The notes below the pieces were generated by a model, which saw only the letters and a list, made by a program, of their open reading frames with translations, was not told the DNA's origin and made no database searches. This document shows, in pieces, positions 1 through 11,549 of a stretch of 64,000 bases of DNA. Position 1 is the stretch's first letter; each line of letters begins with the position of its first letter. Source of the stretch: Oikopleura dioica (lineage: Eukaryota > Animalia > Chordata); contig OU015569.1 in assembly GCA_907165135.1 (NCBI GenBank), forward strand, positions 3,348,001 to 3,412,000, written 5' to 3'. A program made the position numbers and the translations under genes.

Positions 1-1436
1 TCGCTCTTACAGCTCTTACTGTACTTTCGACTCAAGCTTTTCATAGGGACTATATTTTCATTTTCATGAATATTTTGACAGTAACTAAACTTCATTTCCT
101 CTTTTTAAAGCGTCCAGTTAAATTTTTATATCTTGTAGCAACGCTGTATTATGCCGTAAACTTGATAGTGTGACTTTATATGTACATTTTTACTCAAAAT
201 AGTCGGATCTTCATGTTGAAAATGGTTCCAGAGTTGTAAATTTGCTGAGCTGAGTGAGCTGAGCTGGCTGAGTGAGCTGAGCAGTCGCTCAGCTCAGCTC
301 AGCTCAGTGATTTTGGAAAATGATCTGATCTGCTCAGCTCAGCTCAGCTCAGACAATTTTCACTCAGCTCAGCTCAGACGATTATCACTTAGCTAAGCTC
401 AGCTCAGCTCAATGATTTGAATACAATTTTACTGTAAACCCTTTAAACAGTAAAAAACAGCTCAGCTCAGCTCAATCAGCTCAGCTCAGCTCTAATTAGG
501 GTCCGCTCAGCTCAGCTCAGCTCAACTCTCTTTAACAAAAGGTCTGCTCAGCTCAGCTCAGCTCAGAAACCTCCGAAGTAGCCCAGCTCAGCTCAGAGAA
601 ATTTTTCTCGGGTCAGCTCAGCTCAGCTCAGAAAAATTAATCAAAATTTGCAACTCTGACTGGTTCTTTTAACAAACGCCGCGAAAATCCCCCCAAACGT
701 ATCTATTATTTCACTCTAGCGTTCTATGTACTGTGGATTGAGCGGGTAGTGTAACCCTGCAATTTTCAAAACAGTAATTTGAACACTATTTTTCCCATAT
801 ACAAAATGACTACGTGATAATTTCATTTCTTCTGTCAAAAACAAATAATCTCACCTGACCCGAAAGATATGAATATGATTTTGAGGTGAAAAATAGGGAT
901 ACACTATTAACCTAGATTTATCCGTCAATTCTTTCGAGAAATCTCAATAAATGAATTTTGAGGAAAAAGGCATTTGATTTTTCATAAAAAAAGTCTCAAA
1001 GTTTCAATCTTAGTATTTCGAGTACTTATGTTTACTTAAAATGGAGTGTCCAAATTTCTTCTTATTAAGAAGATATGAAAATTTGACAAAGTGGGCGTGA
1101 AAGAGCATAAAAAGATAAGTTTGCTTGGAAAAAATCATGAAAATCAAAGTTAAAAAGCCTTTTAAAAGTGAAAAAGAAAATGAGCTACGCGTCATAAAGC
1201 TTCAAGGGGCTTCAAGAGCGAACAAGGGATAAATGACGGAGAAATGCGGGCGAGCAAAGGTGCGCCGTCGAAACCAAGGAGAGCGAACAAGGGGTCGTAG
1301 AATGCAAAAGAAGGAAAGCGACCAACGGATCTTGGTAACAAAAAGCGAGCGACCAAGGGGGGTCTTGTTGGAGTTTAACTAAGCGAGTAAGGGAAAAATG
1401 TTCACAAAATGTGAGCGAGCTAGGGGGGGGGTACGT
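1..1436 (-). mobile_element. Non-autonomous TIR element, copy 1 (truncated by window start), inverted relative to copy 2
   Basis: 1-1439 is the reverse complement of 3105-4546; the differences I saw are homopolymer lengths. Ends GGGGTACGT followed by TA (1437-1438). Lies in a cadherin intron (donor GTAAGC after 1488 on minus). Confidence 0.85.
229..658. mobile_element. Nested hAT-like MITE filled with GCTCA/TGAGC pentamer repeats
   Basis: 15-bp TIR CAGAGTTGTAAATTT (229-243) / AAATTTGCAACTCTG (644-658). Flanking 8-mers AATGGTTC (221-228) and ACTGGTTC (659-666) match 7/8, consistent with an 8-bp TSD (hAT hallmark). Confidence 0.7.
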
Positions 1437-1487
1437 TATACTGATTGACGTAGGAAAGTATTTTAGTCATCTTTCGATTTCGCTTAC

Positions 1488-4400
1488 TTATTTCTTTTCC
1501 CTGACTATCTTCATCGACTGCCAAGATCATCTGATTATCAACTCGTTGCCCTACTTGTGTTTGACAATTTTCAATGACAGCTGGAAATCCTTCGCCACTT
1601 CTAGTCATGAATGATCGGAATCGTAATGGGTCATTGACATCTCTTACGCGCATCGTACAAACTGTCTCAACTGGCTTTGCATCTTTTGCCTTTGAGTTGT
1701 GAAGACGGACATTGAGATTGACGATTCTAGCAGCGACGGAGCCGCGGGTTTCAATCTGTGCTCCAGGAAGTTCGTAGTTGTATGGTTTGAGAATGTTGAC
1801 TTTTCCTGAAGTCACCCAAACTCCATCAACTCGCTCGATAGTAGGAACAATTTCAAGCGAACCGTCAAGAGGATCTTCACTGTCCAGTACTTCAATCTCA
1901 ACAAACCCGTTTCTTTCGTCGGCGTCACGATCAACAATTCGAATGTTAGCAGCTTCAGGAGCGTCCATGCTATTTTCATCAATTATTCCAAGGTCACAAC
2001 TCTCAACTTCTGGTGGTTGATTGCACATGTAAATAATTACTTTTTGAGGATTACGATTAATTTCAATCCGAAAAAATCCCCAAAAGGACCGGAGAATTCC
2101 TGGTATTATAAATACCTCTTCTAGGAATAAAGATATGTGAGGCAGAACATACTTGTCGCATATGTGCGCAGATATGAAAAAGATTATCTCAATTGACTGA
2201 TCCTCTCCTTGAGCTGAACGCGACCCGTAAATTGGATTGCCTGGATGATCACGTACGCCGACTTCGATGGATAATTCGCGAACCTTATTGTTTATTCTTG
2301 GATCGAAAGCACTGACACTTATGGTTCCATCCGCATCCAGTCGGAAAATATTTTGAATCTCTTCCACTCTACCGTCGTAGTAACGAACAAGGACCGGCGA
2401 TCCAAAGGGCTTTCGATGAGTGAAGAAAAATTCAACTTTTCCATAAGCTCCAATGTCCATATCTGAGCCCGATAGTTTTCCAATTTTGGTACCCACTTTC
2501 ATATCCGGACAGTAAGTCATGCTCAGACTGTGGGGATCAAGCCAGGGGATGTGATCGTTGATATCACAGACGTCGATTTTTATATTTCGCGAAGCAATTT
2601 CATCTCCGGCGCAATTAAAAGCTCGGACTGTAATTTCATGAACATCTTCTTTTTCTCTGTCAAGAAATTTCTTCAGAGCAATCTGTGCGCGTTTTCCAGC
2701 AACAGTATCTGCATTCGAAATCCCAAAGAGTTCATTTTCATCAATACTATATGAGCAAGTTTGATCTGTGTCGAAATAAACTTCAGGTAGGTCGCCTTTG
2801 TAGAATCGATCTTCGAGGGAAACCCCTTCGCAGATTCGAATGGGCTGACAGTTGTGCCACTCGCCGACGACCGGGCGCACTGCTGGCCGGATGGTAACGC
2901 GAGGAACAGGCGCTTCTTCATGTCTCACCGGTGCATAGATTTGGTTAGCCTAAAGAGGTAGTTAATTGCTGTCTATGCAGAGCGTTCGAAGAATAGAAAT
3001 GTCAGTGGTAATCTAGCTTTGTCAAAACCATGGGTTGAAATATGAGTTTTTACGGAGCGATCGTTTCCCTAACGATCGATATTATGCTAAAACATTCGAT
3101 AGAAATAACGTACCCCCCCCCCCTAGCTCGCTCACATTTTGTGAACATTTTTCCCTTACTCGCTTAGTTAAACTCCAACAAGACCCCCCTTGGTCGCTCG
3201 CTTTTTGTTACCAAGATCCGTTGGTCGCTTTCCTTCTTTTGCATTCTACGACCCCTTGTTCGCTCTCCTTGGTTTCGACGGCGCACCTTTGCTCGCCCGC
3301 ATTTCTCCGTCATTTATCCCTTGTTCGCTCTTGAAGCCCCTTGAAGCTTTATGACGCGTAGCTCATTTTCTTTTTCACTTTTAAAAGGCTTTTTAACTTT
3401 GATTTTCATGATTTTTTCCAAGCAAACTTATCTTTTTATGCTCTTTCACGCCCACTTTGTCAAATTTTCATATCTTCTTAATAAGAAGAAATTTGGACAC
3501 TCCATTTTAAGTAAACATAAGTACTCGAAATACTAAGATTGAAACTTTGAGACTTTTTTTATGAAAAATCAAATGCCTTTTTCCTCAAAATTCATTTATT
3601 GAGATTTCTCGAAAGAATTGACGGATAAATCTAGGTTAATAGTGTATCCCTATTTTTCACCTCAAAATCATATTCATATCTTTCGGGTCAGGTGAGATTA
3701 TTTGTTTTTGACAGAAGAAATGAAATTATCACGTAGTCATTTTGTATATGGGAAAAATAGTGTTCAAATTACTGTTTTGAAAATTGCAGGGTTACACTAC
3801 CCGCTCAATCCACAGTACATAGAACGCTAGAGTGAAATAATAGATACGTTTGGGGGGATTTTCGCGGCGTTTGTTAAAAGAACCAGTCAGAGTTGCAAAT
3901 TTTGATTAATTTTTCTGAGCTGAGCTGAGCTGACCCGAGAAAAAATTTCTCTGAGCTGAGCTGGGCTACTTCGGAGGTTTCTGAGCTGAGCTGAGCTGAG
4001 CAGACCTTTTGTTAAAGAGAGTTGAGCTGAGCTGAGCTGAGCGGACCCTAATTAGAGCTGAGCTGAGCTGATTGAGCTGAGCTGAGCTGTTTTTTACTGT
4101 TTAAAGGGTTTACAGTAAAATTGTATTCAAATCATTGAGCTGAGCTGAGCTTAGCTAAGTGATAATCGTCTGAGCTGAGCTGAGTGAAAATTGTCTGAGC
4201 TGAGCTGAGCTGAGCAGATCAGATCATTTTCCAAAATCACTGAGCTGAGCTGAGCTGAGCGACTGCTCAGCTCACTCAGCCAGCTCAGCTCACTCAGCTC
4301 AGCAAATTTACAACTCTGGAACCATTTTCAACATGAAGATCCGACTATTTTGAGTAAAAATGTACATATAAAGTCACACTATCAAGTTTACGGCATAATA

Positions 4401-5055
4401 CAGCGTTGCTACAAGATATAAAAATTTAACTGGACGCTTTAAAAAGAGGAAATGAAGTTTAGTTACTGTCAAAATATTCATGAAAATGAAAATATAGTCC
4501 CTATGAAAAGCTTGAGTCGAAAGTACAGTAAGAGCTGTAAGAGCGACCCAAGCCGAGCTAGGCTTTGGCGGTCTCGCGGCGAACAAGGGATAAATGGGTG
4601 AGGAGGAGCGAACAAGGGCGCGCGAGGTAAAAAGAAGGATGGCGACTAATGGAGCGCGCTGAAACAAGAATGGGAGCGAGCAAGGGGACTTTGATAAAAT
4701 TTAACTAAGCGAGCAAGGGAAAAATGTTCACAAAATGTGAGCGAGCTAGGGGGGGGGGTACGTTATCAAACAGGGGAACACAGTCCCATGGATACTGTCC
4801 CATGGATACAGTCCCCCATGCATACAGTCCCATGGATACAGTCCCATGGTGTACTCACTACCGTCTCATCTATGGTTTTCCAAACGATGAATGACAAACT
4901 GATTAATGAATTATTAACCGCTTATCAAGCAAATTAACTTCTTTTTTCGAAACGATAATTTATACTTTACTGAGCGTGCAATGAGTGTGCAAGTAACAGT
5001 TTTCTGATCTTATTACCTGTATCAAGGCAAGGCCCGTGGCGAGCCACAATTTCAT
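1488..5055 (-). CDS. Cadherin-family protein, 5' part (signal-peptide exon plus 3-4 EC repeats); continues left of the window
   Basis: Exon 1 5017-5055 MKLWLATGLALIQ, donor GTAAT, phase 0. Joins acceptor at 2949 (ANQIYAPVRHEEAP...). Ca-binding motifs LDRE, DINDHIP, DMDIG, NQPP, DRDAD, DVNDP, AVDED. Donor after 1488. An internal in-frame intron near 2040-2150 is likely but unresolved. Confidence 0.85.
3108..4763 (+). mobile_element. Non-autonomous TIR element, copy 2 (complete, ~1.66 kb), TA-flanked
   Basis: ~65-bp TIRs at 3108-3172 and 4700-4763 (ACGTACCCCCCCCCCTAGCTCGCTCACATTTTGTGAAC...). TA at 3106-3107 and 4764-4765. Subterminal GCGA(A/G/C)CAAGG repeats at both ends. No transposase ORF. 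Confidence 0.85.
3888..4318. mobile_element. Nested hAT-like MITE, mirror copy of 229-658
   Basis: Reverse complement of 229-658 with one homopolymer indel; same TIRs. Confidence 0.7.
4781..4849. repeat. Tandem 14-mer CAGTCCCATGGATA, about 5 units
   Basis: Units start at 4781, 4795, 4809, 4825 and 4839, each with a palindromic CCATGG-type core. Confidence 0.8.
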
Positions 5056-5191
5056 TTTTTTATCAGGAAATCTTCTTCAAGCTCTTACTTATTGTTGGAA
5101 CGCGTGTCTCTCTAGTTTTATACTATAATCTGGCTTTTTTCAATAATTTGAATCATGCAGCGGTGATTCGAATAAAACGAAAAGGTCGAAT

Positions 5192-6330
5192 TTACGACCT
5201 TGAGGCTTGCGAAGTACCGAGAGAGAGGTCGTTTTCAGAGGCTCTCTTTTGCTCAGGCCCCGGCTCTATCCGAGCCCATGAGTAGTCAAGTAGTAATCTC
5301 GTAAAAATGAAAAGAAACAATTAGCCGCTCAGTCTATTTTATTTTTTCTTCTTCGTAATCTTGCTGATAGTAAACCGATGCATGATAATAAAAATGCAGA
5401 ATACAGATTTGCTAATTCGTTCTGTTCGTTGAATCTGACTTCTCGGAGCTCTGCTGAATCAGTAGTTTTCTCAATTCACTCAGCTCTATAAAAGAAGTTA
5501 AATGACCTTTTTAGGCATATTTTTGATATTTTTTAATATTGAGATTTTCTCATGGAAAACCGGCAATTGACGTAAAATGATTATATAAACTTAATAACAA
5601 CATATATTTTTTAGTTATTCAAGCCAAAAAGATACGGAGATAGTACGTTAATTCAATCGGATTATTCTTACAATTTCATTTATATAAGGTGATCTCCTTA
5701 TTTCAACTTTAATTACCAAGAAATACGGATTAATTTCATAGTATTTTAATGAATTGAAAAACCCATTTGAACAAAACAGTTTTGATTTGTGCGTAATAAG
5801 AATCATTATATTACCATCTTGAACTTGAGTTTGTTGGCGGCTTATTGAGTGGATTACGCTGGCAAGCGAGCTGGTGTCAGAGGAGCGCGGAACTGGAGGA
5901 AGTGGTAAGGAGTTTTTACGCTTGTCGACTAAAATTGTAAAAATAGCAATAAATAGCGGAGGATTAACGACTGGATCTGAAATTAAACGCTTGCCTGTGT
6001 TTTTATAAAGCAATGCCTTGTCTGTTTGCGCCAGAGGAGGGTCCACAGCGTAATCTACGGATTTCACCCGGTGGAGACGACGTGTCACAGCTGTCCTCTT
6101 CAAAAATCTTTATTTCCTTCCAGATTCATGGAAGTTACATTTTGGGCTGGGAAATACGGTATTTCAGGCAAACCAGCTGCCATTGTGTTCAACCTTCCAA
6201 TCGAGCCTACAGAGGGGCGTTTTGGACAGCCACCAGGGTCAGAATTGTTCTCCGATTGACGACGCTTTAAAAGGCTGTCAAATTTCAAATAGACGTTGAC
6301 AATGTCACGTTGATTAGTAAGTATATTCAT
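5192..6330 (-). CDS. Possible multi-exon low-complexity protein (independent gene or 3' tail of the channel gene)
   Basis: Open Pro/Ser-rich segments (RRQSENNSD...PEIPY; SVDYAV; LPLPPVPR; YSWARIEPGPE...SRS*) separated by intron-like gaps; no recognisable domain. Confidence 0.3.
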
Positions 6331-6949
6331 GCTGTGTTATGTCTTGGCCCCAGACTCTGGGGTCAGCTGAGCTTATGACTTCTTTGCGGTCGAATAAAGT
6401 GTATTTATGCGCATAAACTATCGATGATTAATTATAATCCACATTCTCAATTCTCAATGAAAAACCTTGTCCTGTAAAGAGGGAGATGCTCTAGTTGTGA
6501 CTAGTGTAGTCCGGCGCCGTGAAAGTGAATTCGTTCTTAGATTAAAGTTTAATCATTAAACTCTAAAATTTGAGAATATCATTTCAAACCTTCTTCCTGA
6601 GGATCTGGTGGAATATCGAGAGGGCCTGAATCTGCTCAATCCGCTTTGAAAGAAATTCGAAGCCCAAGACTGATGATGTCCACCCTCTAAATCCACTTGT
6701 GAATCTTAACTGGGTTAGTTCTCATGTTTTATTTCAAATAAAACACATCTGATCGTTATAAGAATCGTCATATTTAACCCCTGTCCTTTTGGGTAATTTG
6801 GTTCGTCGCAATCGGAGTGTTCGGCTTCATTTACGAGCTTGATGGCGTTCGTAAGCCAGCTCTTAAATCAAGGACAATTAATTGCCTTAAAAATTACATT
6901 TGTTTGTTTTACCACTTCTTGCAATAAATATACTTTACGGGCAGATGGA

Positions 6950-8740
6950 TCTCTCTTCGAAGCTAGGGAAAGATCCGCGAAAATGTACCTGTGAAGATTT
7001 TTTACGAAGAAATTGGCCACCTCTTCTGACAAGATTCTCCAATGAATCGAGTTTTCGCGAAATGTGTGTCGTTGTTATTGCAGTTTCATCTACTTGAAAT
7101 TCTTTCTCCAACCTAAATCCATGTTCTTCAAAATGTTCTTTGAGTAATTTATCTTACGATAATTCAGCAGTTTCCGTGCTCTTTTTAACCTGTCGCCACT
7201 GCCAAAGAGCCTCTAAAAGGAAAGATTAATCTGGTAAGCCACTCAAACTAGTACCAGAGGTTGCCTTAGCAAGTTTCATCCGTTCACGACGTCTTCCCAA
7301 TTTGGCAATAAATTCTTCCGTTTCATCTTTTTTCGCCATTTGCTCCATCAACATTCGACACTTGTATTGGCGCCAAACGAATTGAATCAGACGAGCAGCG
7401 CATTTTCTTCTGATAACATGTGCTCGTTGTCGCTCAACAGATGCCATGAGACGTTTTTCTTCTGGTCCTATAAGGAGAGACTCGGACAGAACACCAACGA
7501 TCAGCGCTGTCTAACAATTTTATTATAGGTATTTATTGCCACACATAATTGTGTCAAGTAGACTAGCTAGTGAAACTTGCAAAATAAAGATAATTAGCGG
7601 GATTAGTTAAATATGCTTTCGCCGTAAATTTTCGCACCTGGAATAATCCGAAAAGCGACAACACAGCCACAATGCTCCTTGAGACCCAAAAGTTGGAGTA
7701 AACTCGCCGTACCCGAGATTAGTGAGAGTCACGGCCATGAGCCAAACCACGTCTAAAATAATAATTTTGAAGTATTGAAAGCAATTGCGAACCTGAATAT
7801 TCCATACACGTGCCATATGATCGCTCTAGTGCGTAGATTACATACCCCATCGCAAAAACATTGAAGAAATATACACCCGCCAGCATCGTGAGCGGACGTT
7901 TCTAAATTATTTTCGGGGACCGGTTTTATTTATGACGGTAATCAGGAGTAACAATTGTAAGCCCGCTGAGGAAGAGTAACGAACCAGAAAATGCGATTTG
8001 AGCAAGAAACTCGAAGACATTGTCACACTGCCGAGATTCTTCAGAATCTCCGTCATTCTGTTGTAACGCATCGGATGGTGCTCACGCATGTACTTGATCA
8101 GATGATACAACCGGAGAAAAGTCATTAGTTGCATTTCTTTTGGCAATCCGACATCTAAGAAGTTATAAAATTAAAAATAGGCTTTCTAGCTTACTGAAAA
8201 TCGGAACATGAACGGAGCTGATTGCGAGTTCGAGGTAGAACCAAAAAGCCAACGGAGAAAATGACAAGATCGTTGATTCCGAAGGGAGCTGTCGACGAAG
8301 CACGAGGAGTCTCCGCTCAAGCTCAGAATACCACCAAATCAGAATCAGAGTCATTATCGTCATTAAGCTGTAATTAAGATCAGTTCTCACCTCAACTTGA
8401 CTACTTACGTTATTGCCGCTTTATATCCCTGAGCATAAAACTTCAACAGAAACTTCAATCTTTCTTGACTACCGTCGCCTCCAGTCGCATTTCCGAAGTT
8501 CAATTGTGAGTTTTCCCACTTGTATTCGCAGATTTCTGCCTTTCCCGAATAATGTTTCTGAGGCGGAGTCATTTCCCCGGCTGAATCGAACTCAAGCTCG
8601 ATGAATGTCACTGTAGCCACAACTGTAGCGACGCCAGAGCACGCCAAAGCTCTGCTTGCATGCCTCAAAGAACGGTGAATCCTCACTTTGGCTAGTTCGT
8701 TCTGTTCGAAAGCCGCTACGTCTTGCCATTGCTTCAGTTA
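6950..8740 (-). CDS. KCNN: Small/intermediate-conductance Ca-activated K+ channel-like protein (6TM plus CaM-binding helix), divergent; ends approximate
   Basis: Exons align in order with SK motifs: S1 ALACSGVATVVATVTFIELE; S2-S3 ...LELAISSVHVP; S4 MTFLRLYHLIK; pore WLMAVTLTNLGYGEFTP; CaMBD RRKCAARLIQFVWRQYK. Confidence 0.75.
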
Positions 8741-9399
8741 ATTTTTAATTTTGGCGATTCTGGACGAATCATCTAAATCTTAAAATCTCAAAAATCCTCC
8801 TCTTTCCTTGGCTCTGTTATTGAATTCGTGGTCGACTGTCACCATTCTGTTCAGTTCGCCGATCTGGATCTTGTCTTGATTCACCATCGCCGCGAGTTCT
8901 CTCCAGTTCTATTTCTGGTTCCCTCTCTTTGTCCGTTCAAAACAAAACCGGCTAAAGCGCACCTGTGGAAGAAAGGAGTGCAAGTCCGACAATCCTCACA
9001 AATAATTCATGCGCGCTATCCCTCATTTTTGGATCTACAGGAGAGCCAGTACTAGTGCATCGATCTTTAATGTTGCCGTAATTTTGAAACCGCAAAGGGT
9101 TCAGCTGAAATTAAAACTGAATATATGATGATACTGTACTTGGAAAAATAATCATGGAAACTTGTTTCGAATGAAATTTATTGCGCAAATGAAAGAGGGA
9201 AAACTTTCCCTTCTTGGCGCGTAAAACGGTTGTTCAGTGTAAAGTTGATGAATCTGGAAAGATGGCGGAGCCCTAGAGTACTTCTTGCACATACTTATTG
9301 GTTGACAATGGCTCAAAAATTATCCACGCAATTTTGAGGGTATAAAAAGACGACAGCTTACGAATGCAGCTCACTCCTGAAGTCAACTTCCTATAGAAG

Positions 9400-10650
9400 A
9401 GATGGCGGCGCGAAACGACACCAACCAAGATTGGTGTAGTCAACTTGCCGAACCCCAACGCTTTCCGAAACTGGATTTGCGGGGTACCCAAAATCCCTGA
9501 GGAATCTCCTAGAGATATCAAGGAATTCTACTTCATGGACAGCCCTTCTTTTGACACGGCCAATTTCATCAAAATCGAAGAGAATACACCCAATTTCATT
9601 CTCTTCGACACCAAGGTCGGCGATCGCTCCCTCGAGGTGAGTTATCTGAACTCATAATTCTATGTTGATAATTTTTTAGAACCCCGACCATGAAGATGCT
9701 ATTTTGGGCTTCATTCGAGGCTGCCAAGACCAATTCAAGATCCAGAAAAGGGTGAGTCGTAAACCAATGCGTTCGTTTCTTTACTAACTGAAATCAAGGA
9801 GAGGGTCGTTCCATGGCGCGATATCCCATGCCGCTTGAACATCTTCGAGCAGGCCAAGGTCACAGACCAGTGGTGCCAAAGCATGTTCAGCTGGATCTCG
9901 CCGAAGTGCAACAAATGTGGCTTTCACTGCCAGGCTCACGCCCTTCGACAAAAAACCGAATTCGTGACCACGGTCGAAGTAAGTAACAATGCTCGTCATG
10001 ATGATTGTATCACACTAGTCTAACAAATTTTGAGTAATAACTTACATGATCTGGCTTTAAAAATGACTTTAGAATTCGCGTATCGGACGCCTAAGAAAAC
10101 TGCTCTGGGCTGATGAGTTTCGTCTATCCATCGCCGCCATCTTCATTCCATTTGGCTTTTTCACTGCTGATTCTCTTCTGCTACTGGTAGATTGAAGTAA
10201 AAGTAAATTGAATAAATTGATATCGAAGATGAAAAGATCTTGGCTTGTTTGCATTCACATTTACAGTCGATTATCTTTGCAATAGACTTTGCGTTTTTTG
10301 AGCTTTGAATAGAGGATTCTCTAGAATTCTCGCCGGCAAGAGAGATGTTTATTCTTTAGTTGTCACTTCAATTTATGAAGTTAAAAAGTCCGAAAAGAGC
10401 ATAAATCCAGGTAAGATTTTGTCAAACTCAGAATAACAGTCGACACTTTTTGGGCAAATGTTGAAATACCACTAACCTCTTTAATTTTAGGACTTTTACG
10501 AGGAATCTTCACATTGAAGAACGTCCAAGACACTGAAATACCCTCAATCTCAGTCGAAAAACGAGGGAGCGATAAGAAGACATCCAAGAAATCGGGTATC
10601 TTCACCTTGAATCCAAAAAGGATGTCTTGATCGAAAAATATGAAACCTGA
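9400..10650 (+). CDS. Hypothetical multi-exon protein; 3' part paralogous to 60230-60570
   Basis: Open exons with GT donors at about 9400-9636, 9680-9750 and 9790-9979 (Cys/His-rich KCNKCGFHCQAH). Terminal exon has repeated SGIFTL. Confidence 0.4.
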
Positions 10651-11549
10651 ATAAAATCAATTTTCCTTCAATCTATCAAATCCAAAAGCTCTCAAATCCT
10701 TTGAATTTCAAAGTTTGAAAGTTTTTGCAAGTTTCCCATTTTATTTTGAACAAACCCTTGTTTTATCTTGGCACAATAGCATAATGCAATATTGTATAGT
10801 ATACACAGTATATTGCATCTATTATATATACAATATAACTTATATTATATAAGGGGGTTCCCTTATAACAATATATATATTTATAATTTTTTGTATATTT
10901 TCGAGTCTAAATATCAAACAACTTTGGAAACTCAATTTGGTTCGATCCTCCTTTTTCCTGCGCCCTGGCCAATCAGGACAAACAGAGAAAGTCATTATCG
11001 TACCTTCCATAAAATAATTTTAAAAATAACTAAACGCGAAAGTTCCACAACAATAAGAAAACCGAGAAGAAAACAATCAAGAGTAGATTCGTCGTATCGT
11101 TAGAAAAGATACGTTAATTGGTGCATCTTTTGAAGTTTTAAAAGTCTTTCGAGGCCGCGTTAAAAACACTTCGCTTGAAACAATTTCCAAATTTGGCGAT
11201 TCCAACCGACGAAAATTTTTTTCGAGAGAGTTCACGGCAGCTGCAAAGATATCATCTCGCGAGTCGCTGTCCCTCACCCTCACCTCCGATGGTGCGAGCT
11301 TTCATTCGGCCGTTTGCAGTCCTAGAGGTAAGTCGCAAAGATAATTTTTCCTAATTTCCGGCCCTTCCCTTTTTTCCTCGTCCAGCGCTGCTTTTGTCCC
11401 ACAAGTTCAAGAGCTCCTCCATTATTCATTACAAAATCAATATTTTGATTCCGCGCGTTGAAAATTGAATCCGGTTACAGCCAAAAAACTGACCATTGTC
11501 TTTTTCTTGGAAGATTTTCAAAGTGAATAATGAGTTGACTAAAGTAATA

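Noticed and set aside
241-630. CRISPR-like block-and-spacer pattern
   Set aside because: Repeats are variable-length pentamer runs within TIRs, in a eukaryotic context with no cas genes.
1010-1195. Identical 61-aa ORFs at 1010-1195 and 3351-3536
   Set aside because: By-product of the inverted duplication in AT-rich element interior; no domain.
7140-8760. Apparent in-frame stops in channel exons suggesting a variant genetic code
   Set aside because: Explicable by short or non-canonical introns or my frame choice; CFAP20, AUH, NK4 and CD109 use standard stops.
10780-10900. AT-rich stretch with TATAAGGG/CCCTTATA hairpin and 103-aa ORF
   Set aside because: Low complexity; short palindromes are expected there.
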